Notes: generated from the letters alone by a model not told the origin. DNA of 63,266 nucleotides from an uncultured Candidatus Saccharibacteria bacterium (GCA_964565825.1 CAZMGK010000005.1:1-63266); one strand, 5' to 3'. Positions 34,392 to 43,944 are shown, counted from the stretch's first letter. Numbers and translations: made by a program.

Positions 34392-35157
34392 ATCCTTCTA
34401 CGTTAACAGTACTTTTAGTAACATTCATATCCCCGAATGCACTTTCTTGGTCGGCTACCAATATACCTGTTCTAATAAGTTCGAGAATGGCAAGGAAGGA
34501 AATGAGGGTAAACACTTTTTCTTCTTTCGTGAATATTTTTTTTGACCCCGTAAATTCATTGAAGGAAAATGAAGAGAGCGATTCGACTTGTTTGTGGATA
34601 CGGTCCATCACTTGTTCTAAGGTAATCGTCGTACGTACTTTAATTTCAGGATTATTTTCGACAGTCTCTATCTGGGGAGCTTTTTTCATCACATCTTGTA
34701 TGCACTCATACAAATATGCTGTCGTTATGTGTGTGTCTGGAATAAATCTAACCTCTCTCTTTTGTTCTTTTTTGAGAAAAATAATATCTGTGTCAAAACG
34801 TTCGGCTATTTGCTTCGCAATATCTTTGTATATCTTGTAGACTTTGAGTCGTTCTTCAAGGTCGTCAATCGTGACTTTGTCTTCTTTCGTTATATCAAAG
34901 TTTGGAAGGAGTGAGCGAGATTTTATAAGGAGGAGTGTGGCAAGAATGACAAGATATCCAGTCAGTTCGTAGAAGTCTTTTGACTGACGTTCTTTCATTT
35001 CAGTTACATATGAGGTATATTCTTCAGCAATCGACGAGAGTGATATTTCATTGATGAATAATTTTTTACTCTCAATCAGAGACAACAGCAAATCAAGCGG
35101 TCCTTCGAACGTTGTTGCTTTCGTGATGAAACTAGGTGTGTCCTGTACTGTATCCAT
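34378..35157 (-). CDS. scpA: Segregation and condensation protein A
   Basis: FEGPLDLLLSLIESKKLFINEISLSSIAEEY. The last codons and the TAG stop lie within element copy 2. Confidence 0.88.
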   Translation of the reverse strand: MDTVQDTPSFITKATTFEGPLDLLLSLIESKKLFINEISLSSIAEEYTSYVTEMKERQSKDFYELTGYLVILATLLLIKSRSLLPNFDITKEDKVTIDDLEERLKVYKIYKDIAKQIAERFDTDIIFLKKEQKREVRFIPDTHITTAYLYECIQDVMKKAPQIETVENNPEIKVRTTITLEQVMDRIHKQVESLSSFSFNEFTGSKKIFTKEEKVFTLISFLAILELIRTGILVADQESAFGDMNVTKSTVNVEGYESR

Positions 35158-35166
35158 TATTTTTTA

Positions 35167-36561
35167 TTATATCTCTTTTTTGATAGATATCCCAAGTTCA
35201 ATCAGTTGTTTGTCTGCAACTTTTGATGGTGCACCCATCATGAGGTCGCGTCCTTCACCTGTTTTCGGAAATGCGATTACTTCACGGATGTTTGGTTCAT
35301 TTTCAAGGAGCATGACGATGCGGTCGATACCCTGCGCACAGCCTCCGTGTGGAGGTGCACCGTATTCAAAAGCAGTGAGAATGTGTCCAAAACGTGCTTG
35401 AATTGTTTCAGCGGAAAGCCCAAGGAGTTCAAATATTTTATTTTGTAATTCTCTCTTGTGAATACGAATTGAACCTCCACCGAGCTCGTATCCATTGAGA
35501 ACGATATCGTAGGCATTTGCCCGAGCCTCTGTTGGATTTGTTTCGAGTAAGTGCTCATCTTCTGTTTTTGGAGAAGTAAAAGGATGGTGAACCGCTTGAA
35601 GTCCTCCTTCACTATCTTTTTCGAACATTGGAAAATCCACTACCCAACAAAAAGCAAGGAGATTTGGATCTTCTTTGTCTTCTCTCATGTCTGGCTTATC
35701 GTTTCCGTATTTTTCCATTGATTCTTTGTAGGTAATCCGAGGAAATGGAATTTGTTGTATCTTTTTCTCAGGATAGAGGGTGTGTACCATATCGATAAAC
35801 ATTTTCTCTGTAAGAGCGAGGATGTCTTCTTGATCTACAAAAGATAGCTCGTAGTCGAGTTGTGTGAATTCCGGTTGCCTGTCTCCACGTTGGTCTTCGT
35901 CTCGCATACAACGTGCAATTTGGAAATATTTTTCAAAACCGGCTACCATGGCGAGCTGTTTAAATTGTTGTGGTGATTGCGGAAGTACGTAAAAATTTCC
36001 AGGATGAAGACGTGATGGAACGATGTATTCTCGTGAACCTTCTGGTGTTCCTTTCATCATCATTGGAGTTTCGATTTCCACAAACTCTTCCCCGTGCATG
36101 TAACTTCTAAAGAAAGAGATTATTTTGTCGCGCATACGCATATTTTTTTGCATTCGCTCTGAACGCAAATCTAAATATCGGTATGTCAGACGCACATCTT
36201 CACCAACTTCTCGTGTGTCAGATCCAATATCAAAAGGCATTGGGTCAGACGTATTAAGAATAGTGATGTTGGTAATTTCTAGTTCGATAGAACCGTTTTG
36301 TTTATCAGCCTGTACATTTCGCTCTGGTCTTTTGTTGACGATGCCTCTGATCTCGACGACGTAATCATTACGTGTTTCTTTGGCTATAAGTATCGCTTCT
36401 TCTCTGTTGGGCAATACGACGCCCTGGACTTTGCCGGTATAGTCACGAAAATCAAAAAACACCATCTTGCCCTGGTCGCGACGTACGTCAATCCAACCTT
36501 GGATCATTACTTCTTCACCTGCATGAGACTCGAGGTCTCGAATTAAAATTCTTTTGCTCAT
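35167..36561 (-). CDS. aspS: Aspartate--tRNA ligase (464 aa, without the bacterial insertion domain)
   Basis: [50 protein letters not shown] and [13 protein letters not shown] class II motifs. Confidence 0.9.
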   Translation of the reverse strand: MSKRILIRDLESHAGEEVMIQGWIDVRRDQGKMVFFDFRDYTGKVQGVVLPNREEAILIAKETRNDYVVEIRGIVNKRPERNVQADKQNGSIELEITNITILNTSDPMPFDIGSDTREVGEDVRLTYRYLDLRSERMQKNMRMRDKIISFFRSYMHGEEFVEIETPMMMKGTPEGSREYIVPSRLHPGNFYVLPQSPQQFKQLAMVAGFEKYFQIARCMRDEDQRGDRQPEFTQLDYELSFVDQEDILALTEKMFIDMVHTLYPEKKIQQIPFPRITYKESMEKYGNDKPDMREDKEDPNLLAFCWVVDFPMFEKDSEGGLQAVHHPFTSPKTEDEHLLETNPTEARANAYDIVLNGYELGGGSIRIHKRELQNKIFELLGLSAETIQARFGHILTAFEYGAPPHGGCAQGIDRIVMLLENEPNIREVIAFPKTGEGRDLMMGAPSKVADKQLIELGISIKKEI

Positions 36562-36813
36562 ATTTTTATAAAAGTTAAAGAGAAAAATCGCCTCTTCAAA
36601 CTTACAATTACTTTGTAAATTTGCAGGGGCGATACTTCTTTAATAGCTTCGCGGTGCCACCCTACTTTTTCGACTTCATTACTGCTGTGACGGGCTTACC
36701 CGAGAGATTCTACTATTCCGAGCTTGCCTCGGAAGTTCTTTCTCTATCCTCCCCAGTGTCAGCTGGATCAGTGGATGTATCTATTTTACCCTATTTGAGA
36801 TAAATAGCAAAGT
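36562..36813 (-). promoter_or_regulatory. T-box leader (transcription-attenuation type) controlling aspS
   Basis: The minus strand carries GUAGGGUGGCACCGCG (36650..36665). The antiterminator is AGGG[UGGCACC]GCGA...UCGCCCCU. The alternative long terminator lies at 36587..36633 and is followed by UUUUUCUCUUU. TATAAT is at 36821..36826. Confidence 0.8.
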
Positions 36814-36821
36814 GGGTTTAA

Positions 36822-36868
36822 TTATAAAACACAGCAGGGCGACTGCGTCGCCCTGCTGTGTTTTATAA
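36822..36868. terminator. 22-bp perfect hairpin terminator
   Basis: ttataaaacacagcagggcgac-tgc-gtcgccctgctgtgttttataa, after 36893..37237 (-). It overlaps the aspS leader -10 box. Confidence 0.75.
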
Positions 36869-36892
36869 TTACACTAAACCCTTATACTATTT

Positions 36893-37237
36893 CTAGTGTG
36901 CATTATCCAATAGCCATTCATACGGAATAGAGAAAATCGTCACGATGACTTGCAAAGGAAAGAAAAGGATGCGAAAAATAGAATACACAATCATATCTTC
37001 GTTTTTGAATGGAGATATTTTTTTTGTCAGAAACATAAGAAAAAAGTTCATTGGAAGGTACATTACTCCAAATATGACAGCAAGCAGCTGAAACGAATAA
37101 TGTCTGATAAGTTCAAACTGCATAATGAGAATAAAGATGGCAAGTCCAACCCAAAACCACATACTGGTATATATCCTAAAATAGAAAAAAGCGATGACGA
37201 TTCCAATAACAAAAATAACTTCTATGAACGTTTTCAT
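36893..37237 (-). CDS. Small multi-TM membrane protein (114 aa)
   Basis: Three or four hydrophobic helices, immediately downstream of trpS. Confidence 0.55.
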   Translation of the reverse strand: MKTFIEVIFVIGIVIAFFYFRIYTSMWFWVGLAIFILIMQFELIRHYSFQLLAVIFGVMYLPMNFFLMFLTKKISPFKNEDMIVYSIFRILFFPLQVIVTIFSIPYEWLLDNAH

Positions 37238-37238
37238 A

Positions 37239-38246
37239 TTAGAAGTAGTTAATTTTCATTTTCTCTCTGATAATGTGCATATTTTCTTCAGCGACTGTTT
37301 GTGCCGCTTTGATTCCCTCTTTCAAAATTTCATCAACTAGTTTCGGATTGTTTTCATAGTACGCTCGTTTTTCTCGAATAGGCGCAAGCATACTGTCGAG
37401 TACTTCAATGAGTCTTTTTTTAATGACAACATCTCCGAGTCCACCTTTTTTGTAGTGTTTTTTGAGTTCTTCAACTTCTTCTTTGTTCGGGTCAAAAATA
37501 TCGAGATAGGTAAAAACAACATTTCCTTTTACTTCACCAGGGTCTGCTACATGAATATGATTTGGATCAGTATACATCTGCATTACTTTTTTTGAAATTG
37601 TTTCGCGAGTATCTGCGAGATTGATCGTATTACCGAGAGATTTGGACATTTTTGCACCACCGTCGAGACCGGGAAGGCGTACAGTATCACTGAGTACTGC
37701 TTTTGCGTGTTCAAATGTATGGCCATAAAATCTATTGAACGTATCAACAATTTCATTTGTTTGCTCTATTTGTGGTAACTGATCTTGACCAACCGGGATA
37801 CTATTTGCATGACAAAATAAAATATCAGCAGCTTGTGAAACTGGATACATAAGAAATCCAGCTGGAACTGTCTCGCTATATCCTTTCTGTTTCATTTCTG
37901 CTTTGACTGTTGGATTTCTTTTAAGTCGTGCAACGGTAACAAGGTTGAGAAAAAAAACAGTGAGTTCGGCAATTTGTGGAATCATTGATTGAATAAAGAA
38001 AGTTGTTTTCTTTGGATCTACTCCGCAAGCAAGATTGTCGAGGACGACTTCACGGACGTTGTCGCGAACTTTCTCTGGATTGTCGGCATTATCTGTGAAT
38101 GCTTGAACATCAGCAACCATGTAAAATGCTTGGTCAGCTGTGTCTTGCAATTTCAATCTATTCTGTATAGAGCCGACATAGTGCCCCAAATGGAGCTTGC
38201 CTGTTGGTCTGTCACCGGTTAAAACGATGTGTTTTTTGTCTTTCAT
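37239..38246 (-). CDS. trpS: Tryptophan--tRNA ligase
   Basis: TGDRPTGKLHLGHYVG (HIGH region) and KMSKSLGN. 335 aa. Confidence 0.93.
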   Translation of the reverse strand: MKDKKHIVLTGDRPTGKLHLGHYVGSIQNRLKLQDTADQAFYMVADVQAFTDNADNPEKVRDNVREVVLDNLACGVDPKKTTFFIQSMIPQIAELTVFFLNLVTVARLKRNPTVKAEMKQKGYSETVPAGFLMYPVSQAADILFCHANSIPVGQDQLPQIEQTNEIVDTFNRFYGHTFEHAKAVLSDTVRLPGLDGGAKMSKSLGNTINLADTRETISKKVMQMYTDPNHIHVADPGEVKGNVVFTYLDIFDPNKEEVEELKKHYKKGGLGDVVIKKRLIEVLDSMLAPIREKRAYYENNPKLVDEILKEGIKAAQTVAEENMHIIREKMKINYF

Positions 38247-38370
38247 CCCGTTAGAAGTAGGAAATCAGAGATTTCCATCCTATATTATTGTTTGATTAAT
38301 AAAATTAAATTTCCTTCAATATTTTACCCGTCCGTAAAGAGTAAATCGTCCGACTTCTAACGGGATTCAT
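38242..38370 (-). repeat. Start-codon-abutting inverted-repeat element, copy 3 (core 38247..38364), upstream of trpS
   Basis: cccgttagaagt...acttctaacggg termini, ttcat flanks and a hairpin ggaaatc-aga-gatttcc at 38260..38276. It abuts the trpS ATG. Confidence 0.85.
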
Positions 38371-38478
38371 ATACGAAGATTATTATACCATGGAATTAAA
38401 AAATCACTTCCCCATCATTTCCCCTCCTCTATCCACATAAAAATTTGGTCGGATATTCCAATGTGTTACACTAGCTCT

Positions 38479-39867
38479 ATGTCACAAGATTTACACGTTC
38501 CACCACAAGATCTCGATTCAGAAAAAGCAGTCCTCGCTTCAATTATGCTTCGTCCGGAAGCACTTTATGAAGTTGATGATCTTCTCATCTCAGATGTTTT
38601 TTATGCCGATAAACACAAGATAATTTACGGTATCATGATTGATCTTCATCGAGAAGGAAATCCGATTGATGTTATTACCCTTACCGCAAAATTAGAAAAT
38701 CTTAAAAAGCTCGACGCAATTGGTGGACGAAGTTACTTGACTGAACTTGTTGCGTCAGTCCCAACGACGACCAATGCTCGCTACTATGCCGAATCTATCT
38801 ATCAAAAATACACCCTCCGCCGTCTGATCAATGCCTCAAACACTAACATCAGTGATGCTTTTTCTCCAGGTGACCGACCAGTAGATGAAATTATAGATCT
38901 TGCTGAAAAAAGAATTTTTGATGTTGCGTCAAATACGAAAGGACAAAAATTTATTCCACTCAAAGACACACTCACCGGTGCATGGGATCGTATTGAGAAA
39001 TTGCACGAAACAAAAGGAGCACTCCGCGGTATTCCAACTGGATTTAAAAGTCTCGACAAAATGCTCGCTGGTTTTCAAAATTCAGACCTGATTATTTTGG
39101 CTGCTCGTCCATCTATGGGTAAGACCACGCTTGCACTCGACTTTGCCCGTCTCGTCGCAACCAACCACAATATCCCTGTTGGAATCTTTTCACTTGAAAT
39201 GGATTCGACACAGCTCGTTGATCGTATGTTGGCAGCGGAATCTCGGGTCAATGCGTGGAACCTCCGCACAGGACAACTTTCAACCGATAATGATTTTTCT
39301 CGTTTGCGTGATGGACTTGATCGTCTCTCTCGAGCACCTATCTATATCGACGATCAGTCTTCAAATACGATTTCTAAAATGCGTTCTTTTGCTCGTAAAC
39401 TCAAGATAGAGCATGGACTCGGGTTGGTTATTGTTGACTACCTCCAGCTCATGGCGACCAGTAAAACTCATGACTCTATGGTGAATCAGGTGACCGAAAT
39501 CTCTCGCTCTCTCAAAGGTCTCGCTCGTGACTTGAATGTGCCTGTTATTGCCCTCTCACAGCTCTCTCGTAACGTTGAACAGCGTGGAGGTAAACCAAGA
39601 CTGTCTGACCTTCGTGACTCTGGATCCATCGAGCAGGACGCTGACGTAGTTATGTTTATTCACCGAGAAGACAAATATAATGAAAATTCAGATAGACAGA
39701 ATATCGCCGAGATTCTCATAGAAAAACACCGAAATGGACCTGTCGGCAAAATCGAGCTCTATTTTGATGACAAGACGAGTACTTTTCTTGAACTCGATGA
39801 TAATACTCCAGCATCAAGTGCTTCGGGTATCAATAGTACGCAAGGCGGATTTGGTGGTATATTCTAG
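38479..39867 (+). CDS. dnaB: Replicative DNA helicase
   Basis: PPQDLDSEKAVLASIM..., Walker A ARPSMGKTT, and SLEM...IALSQLSR. TGTTACACT lies 6 nt before the ATG at 38479. Confidence 0.93.
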   Translation: MSQDLHVPPQDLDSEKAVLASIMLRPEALYEVDDLLISDVFYADKHKIIYGIMIDLHREGNPIDVITLTAKLENLKKLDAIGGRSYLTELVASVPTTTNARYYAESIYQKYTLRRLINASNTNISDAFSPGDRPVDEIIDLAEKRIFDVASNTKGQKFIPLKDTLTGAWDRIEKLHETKGALRGIPTGFKSLDKMLAGFQNSDLIILAARPSMGKTTLALDFARLVATNHNIPVGIFSLEMDSTQLVDRMLAAESRVNAWNLRTGQLSTDNDFSRLRDGLDRLSRAPIYIDDQSSNTISKMRSFARKLKIEHGLGLVIVDYLQLMATSKTHDSMVNQVTEISRSLKGLARDLNVPVIALSQLSRNVEQRGGKPRLSDLRDSGSIEQDADVVMFIHREDKYNENSDRQNIAEILIEKHRNGPVGKIELYFDDKTSTFLELDDNTPASSASGINSTQGGFGGIF

Positions 39868-39869
39868 TA

Positions 39870-40496
39870 ATGGATCAGAATAACAACTTTCAAAACCTCA
39901 TACAGTACTTTGAGGAATTTCCTGGAGTAGGTGCCAGACAGGCAAAACGCTTTACGTATTTTTTGATGAATAAAAATAATTTTTTCATCAAGGATTTTAC
40001 TGAAACTATTCTTAATCTCAAACAAGTATCAAAACAGTGTGGATCGTGTATGCGATTTTATTTTGGCGACGCAACGTTTTGTTCTATCTGTTCAAGTACT
40101 GAACGAAATCAAAACCAATTAATGATTGTCGAAAAAGATCAAGATGTTGATTCTTTCGAAAAGACAAAATCATACAGTGGAAAATACTTCGTCCTCGGAC
40201 GACTCCTATCTCTTATTTCAAAAGAAGAAATAAAGATGGCCAGGCTTACTCCTCTTTTTGAAAAACTCGAACAGAGTGTTTTGAGTACTGACACCTCTTT
40301 AAATATAGAAGAAATTATCCTAGCGTTCTCAAGTACCCCAAACGGAAATTTCACTGACTCGTATATGCGACAAGAAATTTCTCGGAACTTCCCGACGGTG
40401 CAAATAAAAAGTCTCGGGCGTGGTTTTGCCACCGGATCTGATCCAGAATATGCTGACAACGAAACCCTTTCTCTCGCACTTAAAAATAGAGCATAA
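39870..40496 (+). CDS. recR: Recombination protein RecR
   Basis: FPGVGARQAKRFTYFL HhH motif, a CxxC...CxxC zinc finger and a Toprim-like C-terminus. Confidence 0.85.
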   Translation: MDQNNNFQNLIQYFEEFPGVGARQAKRFTYFLMNKNNFFIKDFTETILNLKQVSKQCGSCMRFYFGDATFCSICSSTERNQNQLMIVEKDQDVDSFEKTKSYSGKYFVLGRLLSLISKEEIKMARLTPLFEKLEQSVLSTDTSLNIEEIILAFSSTPNGNFTDSYMRQEISRNFPTVQIKSLGRGFATGSDPEYADNETLSLALKNRA

Positions 40497-40497
40497 T

Positions 40498-40525
40498 AAA
40501 AGACCTCCATTTCTGGAGGTCTTTT
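40498..40525. terminator. Bidirectional hairpin terminator
   Basis: aaagacctcca-tttc-tggaggtcttt between recR (+) and rplU (-). Confidence 0.75.
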
Positions 40526-40532
40526 ATGTAGC

Positions 40533-40862
40533 TTACGCTATTTTTGTGATTTTGATTTCGAAGAAAGGCTGTCGGTGTCCGTTTTTCTTTCTGTAGTTAC
40601 TCTTTGCTTTGTATTTCAAAACAATAACTTTTTGTGCTCGGCCAATTTTTTCAATAACACCAGTTACTGTCGCGCCATCAAGATATGGTGTACCGATAGA
40701 AGTGTTTGTTCCATCATCAACAAGAAGCACTTTGTCAAAAATAACTTGGTCTCCTTTTTTGTACGGATTTTTACTATCGCCTTTTAATATTTCAGTACGA
40801 AAGACAGTGTCTTGTGACACTCTGTACTGTTTCCCCCCTGTTTTTATTACTGCAAATTCCAT
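40533..40862 (-). CDS. rplU: 50S ribosomal protein L21
   Basis: MEFAVIKTGGKQYRV.... TAGTAT lies 6 nt before the ATG. Confidence 0.92.
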   Translation of the reverse strand: MEFAVIKTGGKQYRVSQDTVFRTEILKGDSKNPYKKGDQVIFDKVLLVDDGTNTSIGTPYLDGATVTGVIEKIGRAQKVIVLKYKAKSNYRKKNGHRQPFFEIKITKIA

Positions 40863-40937
40863 AGACCTATACTACTCTTTTTGGGGAAAAAAGTCAAATC
40901 ATTCTACCTGCTTCAAAAAGCAGCCTTTTTGGTTCTT

Positions 40938-40972
40938 TGTATTGTCATTCCGGACTTGATCCGGAATCCAGT
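40938..40972 (-). repeat. ccggaat-box repeat, short inverted copy B4 (ends only)
   Basis: tgtattgtcattccggacttgatccggaatccagt is the reverse complement of actggattccggatc-aag-tccggaatgacaataca. Confidence 0.6.
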
Positions 40973-41054
40973 CATTTTCTAAAGACTCAATTCTTCGTTA
41001 CTTTTTAACCGCCAAAAAGTAACCAAAAAAGCTCTCGACCAACACTTTTTTAAT

Positions 41055-41091
41055 TACCCCAGGGCACCCTCTCTTGCTTCGCAATTCACCT
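41055..41091 (+). repeat. ccggaat-box repeat, core-only fragment B5
   Basis: taccccagggcaccctctcttgcttcgcaattcacct matches the B1-B3 core. Confidence 0.6.
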
Positions 41092-41182
41092 TGACTCACG
41101 AAACTCATACTCACTAAAAATACTAATCCCGATGTAAAATCGGGACCCCGAACAAAGCTTCGGGGCTCGCTTTGCTCAGACA

Positions 41183-41320
41183 GATTGTTTTTTCCTTTGG
41201 AACGTGAATCCTCGTTGGTTCGTATAGGAAAAAGGATGAAATGTGAAAAAAGACAGACAGTTCCCTTTTTAACACCTCTTTCTGGCTTTGGGTTATGGCT
41301 AGATTTCAGAAGTGTCGAAA
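41183..41320 (+). repeat. Tandem intergenic repeat unit R1 (~138 nt)
   Basis: gattgtttt-ttcctttggaacg...ctctttctggctttgggttatggctagatttcagaagtgtcgaaa. It is paralogous to R2. Confidence 0.65.
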
Positions 41321-41338
41321 TACAGGAGAACAAGAAGC

Positions 41339-41470
41339 GATTGTCTTGTCCTTTGGAACGTTCGTATTCGTTTGTTCCTATAGTAAAAAAGTGCTGAGTC
41401 GAAAAAATAATAATCTTTTTAGCATCTCTTTCTGGCTTTGAGTTATGGCTTGAGTTCAGAGTGTCAAAGA
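41339..41470 (+). repeat. Tandem intergenic repeat unit R2 (~132 nt)
   Basis: gattgtcttgtcctttggaacg...ctctttctggctttgagttatggcttgagttcagagtgtcaaaga. Confidence 0.65.
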
Positions 41471-41516
41471 TTATTCACTAAAAACTGTAAACTAGAAACT
41501 GAACATGCTATAGTAT

Positions 41517-42434
41517 ATGTATATGATTTCAAAGTATACATACAAGAAACTAACGTGGATTGATGTCGAAAATCCAACAACAGATGAGATTAAAAGACTG
41601 AAAGAAGAGTACAAAATTCCGACGCTTGTGGCAGAAGAAGTGCTCGAGAAAAGTCTTCGCTCCAAAGTAGATAGTTACGAGCATCTACTCTTTATGATTA
41701 TGTATTTTCCTATTACAAAAGGTGGTGGAAAAAAGGTCTTTCAACAAGAAATAGATTTTGTTATTGGGTATGATTTCATCATTACGGTACACTACGAACC
41801 AATCGAGGCGCTTAAAGCCTTTTCAAAACAATTTAACTTAGGGTCTCAGCTCGAGAGAGGTAAAGACATTCCGCACGCTGGTTTTATCCTCCATTTTATT
41901 TTGAAAGAAATTTACATTAGGATCTCCCAATCCCTATTTGATATTAATACCTGGCTTATTGAGATAGAAGAGCACATCTTTAACGGAGCAGAAGAAAAAA
42001 TGGTTTTCTCCATATCTGATGCAAATCGTATTATCATCGATTATTCACAAACGCTACGATTTCACCAAGAGACGCTCGTGTCTTTTCAAGCAAAAGCAAA
42101 AGAATTCTTTGACTCAGGATTTAGCTATGAATTAACACGAATCATGAGTGAGTATAATAAAGTTGCTCATATTCTCGAAGGACACAAAGAAGTGATCGCA
42201 GACCTCCGTGAGACAAACAATTCCCTCCTCAACACGAAAACAAATAAGACCGTCAAAAAACTCACTGGACTTTCTTTTATTATGCTCCCATTAACACTCA
42301 TTGTGGGAGTATTTGGGATGAATATGGACATGATTTTTATCAAATCAAACATACATTTTATGGTTGTTGTCGGTAGTATGGTCGTTATCGCTTTTAGTAT
42401 GTACATGTATTTCAAACACAAAAAATGGTTCTAA
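41517..42434 (+). CDS. corA: CorA-family magnesium/cobalt transporter
   Basis: C-terminal VGVFGMNMD (GMN motif) between two TM helices. 305 aa. Confidence 0.85.
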   Translation: MYMISKYTYKKLTWIDVENPTTDEIKRLKEEYKIPTLVAEEVLEKSLRSKVDSYEHLLFMIMYFPITKGGGKKVFQQEIDFVIGYDFIITVHYEPIEALKAFSKQFNLGSQLERGKDIPHAGFILHFILKEIYIRISQSLFDINTWLIEIEEHIFNGAEEKMVFSISDANRIIIDYSQTLRFHQETLVSFQAKAKEFFDSGFSYELTRIMSEYNKVAHILEGHKEVIADLRETNNSLLNTKTNKTVKKLTGLSFIMLPLTLIVGVFGMNMDMIFIKSNIHFMVVVGSMVVIAFSMYMYFKHKKWF

Positions 42435-43807
42435 AAATATACAATTCATTTTCTAAAAATATCGAGGAATTCAAACCGCAAGAAAATTCAAAAGTGAGTC
42501 TCTATACCTGTGGTCCTACTGTCTACAATTACCCTCATATTGGTAATTACAGAGCCTATGTCTTTGGCGATGTCTTAAAACGAACGCTTCTTGCGCTAGG
42601 CTATGAGGTTAATCATATTATGAATATCACAGATATCGATGATAAAACTATTCGAGATTCTATCAAAGAAAATAAAACACTGGTTGACTTCACTGAATTT
42701 TATACTCAAGAATTTTATAAAGATAGAGATATGCTCGCAATTATCCCTGCAACTTTGTACACCAAAGCGACTGATCATATCCCTGAAATGGTGCTCATGA
42801 TTGAAATTCTCTTACAAAAAGGATATGCATATAAAACTCCTGATGGGAGTGTCTATTTCTCTATCAAAACTGATCCGGACTACGGCCGATTGAGTAGGAT
42901 TGACATGAGCGCCTTGAAAGACAACGCAGCTCACAGATTGAATCAAGATGAATATACAAAAGATGATGCACAAGATTTTGCGCTCTGGAAAGCATGGGAT
43001 AAAAATGACGGTGACGTATTTTGGGATCCCTCGACTCTGCTCGGGAAAAGCACATCTCTTGGTAAAGGGCGACCTGGTTGGCATATCGAATGTTCGGCAA
43101 TGAGTACAAAATATCTTGGTACAACGATAGACATTCACACTGGTGGAGTCGACAACATCTTCCCTCATCACGAAAACGAAATCGCTCAGTCGGAGTCTGT
43201 AACCGACAAACCTTTTGTAAATTATTTTCTTCACAATGAACATCTCCAAGTCGACGGCAAAAAAATGTCTAAATCAGAGGGTAATTTCTATACACTGAGG
43301 GATATTATCGAAAAAGGGTACAATCCCCTCTCATATCGATATTTTTGCCTCCTCGCTCATTATCGAACACCTACGAATTTTACCTGGGAGGCACTCACTG
43401 CAAGTCAAAACGCACTAGAAAACCTACAAACATTCTATGCACTGAATCTAACTGCTCACACTGATCATATTCATGAACCTTCAAAACAAGCATTTCTTGA
43501 GGCACTTAGTGCTGATCTAAATACTCCCCTTGCACTCGCTACCGTATTTCAAACCATGGGGGATGATACATTGTCAGGTGAAGTAAAAATCGGCACACTT
43601 AGGTATTTTGATTCTGTACTCGGTTTTGGTATTGATGGACTTATTCCACAAATGACCGAAGAAATACAAAAACTGATTGAAACTCGAGACACTGCTCGTA
43701 TCAACAAAGACTTTGCAACCAGTGACACCCTCCGCACCGAACTAGAAAATCTCGGTCTGAAAGTTTTTGACACTAAAGAAGGCACAAGAGTGATTAAAAA
43801 ATTTTAG
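42425..43807 (+). CDS. cysS: Cysteine--tRNA ligase
   Basis: CGPTVYNYPHIGNYR (HIGH region), KMSKSEGN and WHIECS. Confidence 0.93.
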   Translation: MVLKIYNSFSKNIEEFKPQENSKVSLYTCGPTVYNYPHIGNYRAYVFGDVLKRTLLALGYEVNHIMNITDIDDKTIRDSIKENKTLVDFTEFYTQEFYKDRDMLAIIPATLYTKATDHIPEMVLMIEILLQKGYAYKTPDGSVYFSIKTDPDYGRLSRIDMSALKDNAAHRLNQDEYTKDDAQDFALWKAWDKNDGDVFWDPSTLLGKSTSLGKGRPGWHIECSAMSTKYLGTTIDIHTGGVDNIFPHHENEIAQSESVTDKPFVNYFLHNEHLQVDGKKMSKSEGNFYTLRDIIEKGYNPLSYRYFCLLAHYRTPTNFTWEALTASQNALENLQTFYALNLTAHTDHIHEPSKQAFLEALSADLNTPLALATVFQTMGDDTLSGEVKIGTLRYFDSVLGFGIDGLIPQMTEEIQKLIETRDTARINKDFATSDTLRTELENLGLKVFDTKEGTRVIKKF

Positions 43808-43840
43808 TCGAGTGTTCGTGATACCTCTGTGATATCTCTT

Positions 43841-43880
43841 GAGTGACACACTTTCTGCGATAGCAGAAAGTGTGTCACTC
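43841..43880 (+). terminator. 18-bp hairpin terminator after cysS
   Basis: gagtgacacactttctgc-gata-gcagaaagtgtgtcactc followed by tcctttttc. Confidence 0.75.
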
Positions 43881-43900
43881 TCCTTTTTCTCTTAAATAAA

Positions 43901-43923
43901 AATACAGCACACAGTGCTGTATT
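43901..43923. terminator. Hairpin terminator after 43945..44631 (-)
   Basis: aatacagcac-aca-gtgctgtatt with A/T flanks. Confidence 0.7.
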
Positions 43924-43944
43924 TTTATTGAACAATATTTCTAT

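Noticed and set aside
40998-41397. Track ORFs 40998..41333 (-) and 41185..41397 (+)
   Set aside because: They run through the dispersed and tandem repeats. The second repeat unit breaks the same frames with stops, so the similarity is at nucleotide level and not in a coding frame.
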